The translations under genes and the position numbers were made by a program. A model generated the notes under the pieces. The model saw only the letters and a list, made by a program, of their open reading frames with translations. It ran no database searches and was not told the origin of the DNA. Below are positions 8,393 through 14,823 of a DNA stretch of 29,281 nucleotides, piece after piece. The stretch lies in sequence record DRR723986_13540, one strand, 5' to 3'. The stretch's first letter is position 1. Every line of letters starts with the position of its first letter.

Positions 8393-9142
8393 TTATTGTA
8401 CATCAACAATAGCTAACGCATTGAATGCTCCATTTTTGAGTGTGTATTGATCACCATTCACTTCTTGGTAAAATTCAACCATCAATAGGTATAAATCTGT
8501 TCCAGATCCTGCAGGTGTTCCAGCTGGAGTCAATAGAACGTTCGTTGAGGTCGCATCAATCGGAAGATTGACAGCATTACTCTCTTGAAGGTCGTAATCA
8601 CCAGTTGCAAAATCAACTTTCACCCAACCACCTCTCAAAGTGATGTGAGTTGCTCCTGGTGCATTGTTTAAATCATTGACCGGAATCAAGTTATTTAAAG
8701 TGATTACACCAGTACCCAAATCGACTATGTAAGGATTGAATAAAATAGAACCCAAAATCGCTTTGTCATTCATATTGAAGTTTTTCAAAAGTGCCTTTGC
8801 TGACGCACCGGCAATTGCAACTCCAACATTTCTTTCTCCTCTAACACTTGTTGTGTCCAAATTTTTAATTTGAGACATCAACTTTGTCATTCTAGAAGTC
8901 ACACGATTATCAGAAGCATTCTGCATCATGGTACGAATTGCATCTCTAAGTAATTTCCCAGATTTGGCAGAACCACCAAATTCAGAACCGTTTTCTCTCG
9001 TTCTCACGAAAGCGGGATCTTTTTTGATACGCTCTCCATCAACTCCGCCTTTTTCACGGGCTAAGTATCCGTCCTTACTTTTGTAGAAGGATAAATCTCC
9101 GATTTTCCCTTCCAATTTGATTATGCCTTTCTGTCTTGCCAT
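8393..9142 (-). CDS. Bacteroidota mobile-element protein of unknown function (starts MARQKGIIKLEGKIG), 249 aa
   Basis: ATG at 9142 preferred over 9187; basic N-terminal half, beta-rich C-terminal half (FYQEVNGDQYTLKNG). Confidence 0.8.
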   Translation of the reverse strand: MARQKGIIKLEGKIGDLSFYKSKDGYLAREKGGVDGERIKKDPAFVRTRENGSEFGGSAKSGKLLRDAIRTMMQNASDNRVTSRMTKLMSQIKNLDTTSVRGERNVGVAIAGASAKALLKNFNMNDKAILGSILFNPYIVDLGTGVITLNNLIPVNDLNNAPGATHITLRGGWVKVDFATGDYDLQESNAVNLPIDATSTNVLLTPAGTPAGSGTDLYLLMVEFYQEVNGDQYTLKNGAFNALAIVDVQ

Positions 9143-9396
9143 AATATTTGTTGTTGTTAGTTTTAGGTCCTTCACCTGGTTGACCATTTCACCAGTTTAT
9201 GTGCCATAGCTTGCTCGAGTTAATTAATTGCAAAGGCACACGCGCAAAGCAAATATTCACAAATGGCAACAGGAGTCAAAATCTTGGCTTCCGCTTCATA
9301 AACTATCTGCCGTTTTGTGTTAAAATGACCTATTGAAAAGGGTAGATGAAGTATTAATTTTGTATTGAACGAGTATAGAAAGTGTATAGATAAAGT

Positions 9397-9585
9397 ATGA
9401 AGAGAGTTGTGATATATCCAAAAGACATTATGATCATCACCGGTAAGAGTGAAAGATACTCTCGTTACCTCATCCAACGCATCAAGAAGCATTTAAAGAA
9501 AGAACATTACCAAGTTGTTTCCATTTCAGAGTTCTGCGCTTATATGGGCTTAGATGAAGCATCAATATCAGCTTGTATTCTTTGA
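9397..9585 (+). CDS. Small HTH-like DNA-binding protein divergent from the three-gene module
   Basis: IYPKDIMIITGKSERYSRYLIQRIK...VSISEFCAYMGL. Confidence 0.75.
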   Translation: MKRVVIYPKDIMIITGKSERYSRYLIQRIKKHLKKEHYQVVSISEFCAYMGLDEASISACIL

Positions 9586-9744
9586 TGCAATTTGTTGCTA
9601 AATGATATATGAATCAGTATCTTTAGTGTCATACGTTCTTTAAATCACAACAACTAAAAACAAGATTTCTGCAAGCAAATTAGCAAGCAGTATTTTCAAA
9701 TTAAGATAACAACCTCATTAAGAGCATAATATAATTGGCGCGGT

Positions 9745-9763
9745 AATCCTGCCGAGGTCACCA
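9745..9763 (+). other. Attachment site (attR): isolated copy of a tRNA 3' end, likely tRNA-Arg(ACG)
   Basis: aatcctgccgaggtcacca = part of T-loop, T-stem 3' strand, acceptor strand, CCA; upstream sequence cannot form the rest of a tRNA. Isotype assigned from recalled Bacteroidota tRNA-Arg ends. Confidence 0.8.
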
Positions 9764-9770
9764 AGAAAGC

Positions 9771-9806
9771 AAAACTCCTTCAGAGAATCTGAGGGAGTTT
9801 TTGTTT
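9771..9806 (+). terminator. Intrinsic terminator, probably the original tRNA terminator
   Basis: aaactccttcaga-gaa-tctgagggagttt followed by a T-tract. Confidence 0.85.
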
Positions 9807-9856
9807 GTTCAAAGACGTAATGAATTTATTTAATTGAGAATTTGAACAAACAAAAA
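9798..9856. repeat. Perfect 16-bp inverted repeat with 27-bp spacer
   Basis: tttttgtttgttcaaa (9798-9813) / tttgaacaaacaaaaa (9841-9856). Confidence 0.7.
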
Positions 9857-9894
9857 CCAAAATTGAAAATTTTGAGTTTTGCTTTCGGAATTCG

Positions 9895-9979
9895 GAGCTC
9901 AAAGGAACTTAAATCCTCGAAACGGATTTCCCTCAGCTACGCACCAATATTGCCAAAAACTGTATTTAACATGATTAAA
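9895..9979 (+). repeat. Intergenic repeat family A, copy 1
   Basis: gagctcaaaggaactt-aaatcctcgaaacggatttccctcagctacgcaccaatattg... matches 12303-12400. Confidence 0.85.
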
Positions 9980-10456
9980 ATTCTCGTTCCAATTGTATTA
10001 CTACTGAGCCTGAACATCTGCGCACAAGCTCCAGTTAATGTCTGGAAACATAAACCTGCAGTGGGATCCGTTTATACTTTTCAAGGATTTCAATACTGTG
10101 CTGGATACAGAGCTATACAAAATATCAATCTGAAATCTGAAGGCTATGGTTTCAGCCATTCAATAACTGCACTGGTACATTATACGCATAGCCGTAAGCT
10201 CATTGGACTCAGTGTTGAGTATGGTCACGCAATTGAGGGAATGGTCGGTGGACGGATGAAACTAGACTATCATGGCAACTCCCAAGGGACTCGTTTCAGT
10301 TGTACTCCTGCTATTAGCATTGGATACTTAGAAAGAATTCATTTTTCATTTGGGTATCGCCTTTATTTTCATGATCACTGGGCTCCGAATCCAGAAAAGC
10401 CAGTTTGGGGGCTACCTGAAGTAGCTGTAGCTTTCGTCATCCCTCCGAATAAATAG
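9971..10456 (+). CDS. Hypothetical exported protein, possibly a small outer-membrane beta-barrel (start ATG 9971)
   Basis: Signal peptide MIKILVPIVLLLSLNICAQ; amphipathic beta-strand pattern; the upstream ORF extension runs through repeat DNA. Confidence 0.6.
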   Translation: MIKILVPIVLLLSLNICAQAPVNVWKHKPAVGSVYTFQGFQYCAGYRAIQNINLKSEGYGFSHSITALVHYTHSRKLIGLSVEYGHAIEGMVGGRMKLDYHGNSQGTRFSCTPAISIGYLERIHFSFGYRLYFHDHWAPNPEKPVWGLPEVAVAFVIPPNK

Positions 10457-10458
10457 CA

Positions 10459-10472
10459 CAGCTACTGCGGAG
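10459..10472 (+). repeat. REP-like family B, half copy
   Basis: cagctactgcggag immediately after the stop codon. Confidence 0.6.
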
Positions 10473-10672
10473 AAAATTTGATGAATTTTGCTCAAGGAAT
10501 TCAAATGATCATGAACAGATTCAACATTTGCGAATTGCACAAATTATTATCTTTTGTTGTGAATTTCAATTCTCAATATGCGCCTGGCAACTATAATTTT
10601 GTTTTAAACAATAAAAGTAGATCATAGGGCTAAGACTTTTATAGCTTTGTTCTGCTTTTGAAAACTGAACAA

Positions 10673-11695
10673 ATGAAATCGCCCCAAACGGTAAAAACAG
10701 AACAAGAGAAGACTTGGATGGAAATTGTGAAAGATTACAATAAATCTGACGCAAAAAAAAGCTGGTGGCAAGTTGCCAATTCATTTATCCCCTATTTTGG
10801 ACTTTGGGTATTGATGTATTACTCCTTGGCATGGTCATATTGGATCACTTTAGGCCTTTCTATTATAGCAGCTGGTTTTTTGCTTAGAATTTTCATCATT
10901 TTTCATGACTGCGGTCATGGATCATTTTTCAAATCTCAAAAATTAGCCAGAGTTGTTGGTATTATTGCTGCCGGATTTATTTTTACTCCTTATCATAAAT
11001 GGCATATGGATCATAAAATCCATCACAGCACCATGGGGAATTTAGATAATAAAGGAGTTGGAGATGTACGAACATTCACCATTGAAGAATACCGACAATT
11101 TACTCCGATTCAAAAATTGTTGTATCGAATTTACAGACATCCAATTACTCTTTTTATTGTAGGCCCTCTCCTACTCTTTTTAGTGATCTTCAGATGGCCA
11201 CCTGCCTCAAGGAGTTTGAAAGAAAAAGTTTACACACATATTACAAGTGTTGTTTTGGCGCTGGCCGTTTATCTCATGCACTTATGGATAGGCATCATAC
11301 CTTTTATTATGATTCAGCTGCCAATTCTATTTGTGGCGGCAGGTCATGGAGCCTGGTTATTTTATGTGCAACATCAATATGAAGATGTACAATGGAGAAG
11401 ACAAAAAGATTGGGACTATAAGGAAATGGCCTTTGAGGGAAGTTCTTATTTGAAACTTCCGAGAATTTTACAATGGTTTACGGGTAATGTTGGATTTCAC
11501 CAAATTCATCACCTTAGCCCGAGAATGCCTAATTATAATCTTGAAAAGTGTTATAATGAAAACGAATCTATGCAAGCGGACACACCAATTACATGGCTAA
11601 AAGCCCTGAAATGCATTAAATACAGACTATGGGATGAAGAGCGTAGTCGACTGGTTAGCTTTAGAGATTTAAAACGAGAAGGTATCCCGTATTAA
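10673..11695 (+). CDS. des: Membrane fatty acid desaturase, Bacillus Des-like (ATG 10673 or TTG 10658)
   Basis: His boxes HDCGH, HKIHH, HQIHH; WLFYVQHQYE; GSSYLKLP..LQWFTGNVGFH. Confidence 0.92.
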   Translation: MKSPQTVKTEQEKTWMEIVKDYNKSDAKKSWWQVANSFIPYFGLWVLMYYSLAWSYWITLGLSIIAAGFLLRIFIIFHDCGHGSFFKSQKLARVVGIIAAGFIFTPYHKWHMDHKIHHSTMGNLDNKGVGDVRTFTIEEYRQFTPIQKLLYRIYRHPITLFIVGPLLLFLVIFRWPPASRSLKEKVYTHITSVVLALAVYLMHLWIGIIPFIMIQLPILFVAAGHGAWLFYVQHQYEDVQWRRQKDWDYKEMAFEGSSYLKLPRILQWFTGNVGFHQIHHLSPRMPNYNLEKCYNENESMQADTPITWLKALKCIKYRLWDEERSRLVSFRDLKREGIPY

Positions 11696-11699
11696 AATT
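11616..11699 (+). repeat. 84-bp direct repeat, copy 1 (functional 3' end of des)
   Basis: 78/84 identical to 14688-14771 by hand alignment. Confidence 0.95.
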
Positions 11700-11776
11700 T
11701 AAAGCAGATTAGCTACTTCTGAGTAGAGCTCAAAGGAACAACAGAGTTTATCCATAGTACTCTTACAAAGCTTTTA

Positions 11777-11806
11777 CCGCAGCAGCTCAGCTACTGCGGA
11801 GCAAGG
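11777..11806. repeat. REP-like palindrome family B
   Basis: ccgcagcagct-c-agctactgcgg-agcaagg. Confidence 0.75.
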
Positions 11807-11877
11807 ATTAGTCAAGCTTTGGTAAAGAATATCTTGATTTTAAGCAAAGTTCTATGTTATGCTTAGTTTTTCAAAGC

Positions 11878-12225
11878 TCATTTTCCAAACACCTCTTCCT
11901 TCTCTTTTTCGCTTAGATACGATCGTCTGTTTTTCGTTACATCATACAAACTTGATAATTCAGGATGATCTTTTATTCGGGAAGAAATACAGCTATATAA
12001 TTTATCAATCTGATCTTGACTAACATATCTATTCCAAATCAATCTTTCAGCATATTTTTTTATCAATTCGATATCGTCCGAGTTCTCCACTTTTAAAAAT
12101 TTGTTCCAGTCTGTGATGATATTTTCTCTAGCCTTCTTCCTATTTCTCCAGAAAATCACTTGAGTGATAATCAAAAACGGAAAGAAAATAATCAATAAAA
12201 ACTTTAAGATTTGAGCAAATTCCAT
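11878..12225 (-). CDS. Hypothetical protein with N-terminal TM anchor
   Basis: 115 aa; hydrophobic N-terminus followed by basic WRNRKK. Confidence 0.65.
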   Translation of the reverse strand: MEFAQILKFLLIIFFPFLIITQVIFWRNRKKARENIITDWNKFLKVENSDDIELIKKYAERLIWNRYVSQDQIDKLYSCISSRIKDHPELSSLYDVTKNRRSYLSEKEKEEVFGK

Positions 12226-12267
12226 AATTGCGACTAGCGTAAATGCTAAGTTATGTATTTTTAGATG

Positions 12268-12400
12268 CCGCTCCCGAAATTTTTCAGGAGTGGGTAAGGT
12301 CTGAGTTCAAAGGATCTTGAGCGCAGCGAAAAATCCTAGAAACGGATTTCCCTCAGCTACGTACCAATATTGACATAAAAATGTATTTGACATGAATAAA
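12268..12400 (+). repeat. Intergenic repeat family A, copy 2 (fuller copy with hairpins)
   Basis: ccgctcc/ggagtgg hairpin, then ggtctgagttcaaaggatcttgagcgcagcgaaaaatcctagaaacggatttccctcagctac. Confidence 0.85.
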
Positions 12401-12437
12401 TAATGACAATCAGATTCAAAAACCAAAATTGAAAATT

Positions 12438-13082
12438 CTATTTCATATTCAAATAATGAGATCTTGTAGTCCCATCTAACTTTTCAATGGCGTATCTCAA
12501 TGTAATTCGGGCCATAGAGGCGGCATACTTATCAAGGAATTCTTTTAATTTATTTTCATCTCGTTTGCCCGCTTCGCGGATCCAACTCCCAACTGCTGTT
12601 TGTACGTCTTTATCTGAATCATGGACCAAAAGCTCGGCTATTCGAAAGGTATCGTCAATTTGATCCTGCCGTATAAAAAAGTAAGTGGCTACAATAGCTG
12701 TTCGTCTTTCTAATGGGTTGTTTGATTTGGCCATTTTATAGAGAGGATCTCTCGATTTATCAAATAAGTATCCACCCACCACATAGGGTGCAGCTCTATC
12801 TACCAATCCCCAATTATCTATGTATTCATGATTGTTTACATAAGCATGATATACTTCCTCTTTTTCGGCTGCAGAAGTTTTTTTATTCCGAGCCTTCCAA
12901 TCAAGAATGGCAATTGCCCCCATTCGGTAATCTTGATTTTCATCCTTCAATAACCTAATGACCTCAGATACAGGTGTAAATTGAAACTCCTTGGCCAAAG
13001 CAAATAGTTCTCTTTTAGGAATGGCACCCGAATACTCGAGACCAATCATATTTAGGGTGTCTTTAAATTCCTTAGCTGTCAT
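12438..13082 (-). CDS. DNA alkylation repair protein (AlkD-like HEAT repeat)
   Basis: IDNWGLVDRAAP, RRTAIVAT, VQTAVGSWIREAGKRD, MARITLRYAIEK. Confidence 0.88.
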   Translation of the reverse strand: MTAKEFKDTLNMIGLEYSGAIPKRELFALAKEFQFTPVSEVIRLLKDENQDYRMGAIAILDWKARNKKTSAAEKEEVYHAYVNNHEYIDNWGLVDRAAPYVVGGYLFDKSRDPLYKMAKSNNPLERRTAIVATYFFIRQDQIDDTFRIAELLVHDSDKDVQTAVGSWIREAGKRDENKLKEFLDKYAASMARITLRYAIEKLDGTTRSHYLNMK

Positions 13083-13109
13083 GTTGTTTTTAAGTTATGC
13101 TTAGAACAA

Positions 13110-13514
13110 TCAGTTTTCTTTAAACCAATTGACTATTGCTGGCATATCTCTTTCAAAACCACCCGGAATATAAAAGTTCAGTATACCACATCTATCATTT
13201 GTTCTGTTGGCAAAATCGTGGATGGTATTAGCAGGAATTCTTAAAAATGCTCCTTTTTCAACATCTATCCATTTTTCTCCAACAAGAATGGACGTGGTTC
13301 CTTCTATTCCATAAAATACTTCGACATTGTTTTCATGCTTATGTGGCCCAGGTCCCTCAGAGTTTGGTTCTAAAAACCATTCTGAAATGCTGAATTTCTC
13401 TGCAGTTTCGTTTTCATCCGCTTTGAACACTGCTTTCATTGTTCCGCAATCGTAAATTCTTCCTTCTCCAGCTTGAAGGAGAAGTTCGTCTGTTTCGTTT
13501 TGGTCGTGCTTCAT
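13110..13514 (-). CDS. Cupin domain protein
   Basis: GPGPHKHE...EVFYGIEG...GAFLRIPANTIHDFAN. Confidence 0.9.
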   Translation of the reverse strand: MKHDQNETDELLLQAGEGRIYDCGTMKAVFKADENETAEKFSISEWFLEPNSEGPGPHKHENNVEVFYGIEGTTSILVGEKWIDVEKGAFLRIPANTIHDFANRTNDRCGILNFYIPGGFERDMPAIVNWFKEN

Positions 13515-13595
13515 CTTTTCAGAATTAAATATGTTAAAATAACATTTTAGACCGAGTGAATACTTTATGAATGAATTTTATGTGCTCTATTTTTT

Positions 13596-13625
13596 CCGAA
13601 GCAGCTCAGCTACTGCAGAGCATGG
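13596..13625. repeat. REP-like palindrome family B (degenerate)
   Basis: ccgaagcagctcagctactgcagagcatgg, just beyond the stop of the T9SS gene. Confidence 0.7.
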
Positions 13626-13630
13626 TAAAT

Positions 13631-14569
13631 CTATTCTATAATCAATTTTTCTGTCCTAAAAGAATTTTCTGACTGAATAGCACCAAAGTAAATACCTGGT
13701 TCAAATTGTTCAATATTGAATTGATTGATTCCAGAATTTAAGACCCATTTTTTTATCAATTGTCCTGATAAATCATAAATAATAAAAATAGAACCATCAT
13801 TCTGTGAATATTCTACATTAATACTATTTGATGACGGATTAGGATAAATGTTTATCTTTTCTTGATCATTCGTCTCGAAACTAGCTGTACTTGGAACATG
13901 AACACATTCCTCACCAGAAGGGTTATAGCTTGGAAAAGAATCGTCTTCATAACATCTAAATTTTAAAAATCGTTGAAGAAATGTGGTTTGTGATGTGCAG
14001 GTGACAGGATGAGGAAACAATCTGAGTGGAATACTATCCGGCATGAAACCAAATTTTTCAACAAATACACCTTCAAGCGCATATGGAGAGTCTCCCACTG
14101 GCTCTAACGTAATAGTTCTGAAACTTGCAGAATTGATCACAATTGAACCGGTGTCTATTACTTCGACATACGAGGTATCTACGCAAGAAGCGCTAGCACT
14201 ATAAATTGTGTCTGCAACCATCCACTGATCTCCTATGTTGGATCCAAAATTATAAAGTGTGAAAAACTTATTATTAAACCAATAAAACACCGTATCTCCG
14301 CTTACATAGGTATATTTTGAAGGGAAATTTTGTGGACCATTGGTTGTCCAGTTAGTTCCGTCAAAATACCATTCGGTTCTCTCAACCTCAATTTTTTGAC
14401 ACAACTGTCCTTGAATTGTTGTGTCCTCATTGTAAGAATATTTTAGGCTTCCTTGATTCGAAAAGTAATCATGAATTTCATAATTCCAAATTGCATTAGA
14501 ATCAATCCAAACCTGAGCATTGGCGGATGTTAAAATAAAGAGTAAGGATACGCTTAGAAAAAGTTTCAT
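13631..14569 (-). CDS. Secreted protein with T9SS type A C-terminal sorting domain
   Basis: Signal peptide; INIYPNPS...IYDLSGQLI...PGIYF...KLIIE. Confidence 0.9.
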   Translation of the reverse strand: MKLFLSVSLLFILTSANAQVWIDSNAIWNYEIHDYFSNQGSLKYSYNEDTTIQGQLCQKIEVERTEWYFDGTNWTTNGPQNFPSKYTYVSGDTVFYWFNNKFFTLYNFGSNIGDQWMVADTIYSASASCVDTSYVEVIDTGSIVINSASFRTITLEPVGDSPYALEGVFVEKFGFMPDSIPLRLFPHPVTCTSQTTFLQRFLKFRCYEDDSFPSYNPSGEECVHVPSTASFETNDQEKINIYPNPSSNSINVEYSQNDGSIFIIYDLSGQLIKKWVLNSGINQFNIEQFEPGIYFGAIQSENSFRTEKLIIE

Positions 14570-14687
14570 TTATATAAGTTTTAGGTTAATGCTAATTTAG
14601 GTCTTTCTTTGAAATAATACATCTTAAAGGCTTAAAACCCATGATTCATTTATCTGGATGTCTGGAATTGGTTGTAAAGAGAAAACT

Positions 14688-14771
14688 TTAAATATAGACT
14701 GTGAGATGAAGAGCGTAGTCGACTGGTTAGTTTTAGAGATTTAAAACGAGACGGCATCCCGTATTAAAATT
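14688..14771 (+). pseudogene. 84-bp direct repeat, copy 2: orphaned 3' end of a des allele
   Basis: Reads KYRL*DEERSRLVSFRDLKRDGIPY* versus KYRLWDEERSRLVSFRDLKREGIPY*. Confidence 0.9.
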
Positions 14772-14823
14772 GAAAATTCAGTCTCTAAATTGGCTATCAC
14801 AATCAGAATCAGTAGATTTGGAT

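Larger units (their letters stand above)
1..9763. mobile_element. Right-hand part of a tRNA-integrated element (ICE-, prophage- or satellite-like); left end and integrase lie outside the window
   Basis: Excisionase-like HTH pair, initiator + ATPase, defence and metal cargo genes; ends at an isolated tRNA 3'-end copy (9745-9763) followed by a terminator. Inclusion of the partial gene at 3-194 is assumed. Confidence 0.8.

Noticed and set aside
9220-9492. Minus-strand 90-aa ORF
   Set aside because: Overlaps the more credible HTH gene on the opposite strand and the divergent promoter region.
9700-9763. Complete tRNA gene
   Set aside because: Only the last 19 nt are tRNA-like; no D-arm, anticodon arm or 5' acceptor strand.
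9842-9970. N-terminal extension of the 9842-10456 ORF (likewise 14770-14823 of the CHAT ORF)
   Set aside because: The TTG starts fall in repeat DNA; downstream ATGs give clean signal peptides.
11616-14771. des 3'-end repeat as a diversity-generating retroelement TR/VR pair
   Set aside because: Mismatches are not adenine-specific, all lie at third codon positions, and no reverse transcriptase is present.
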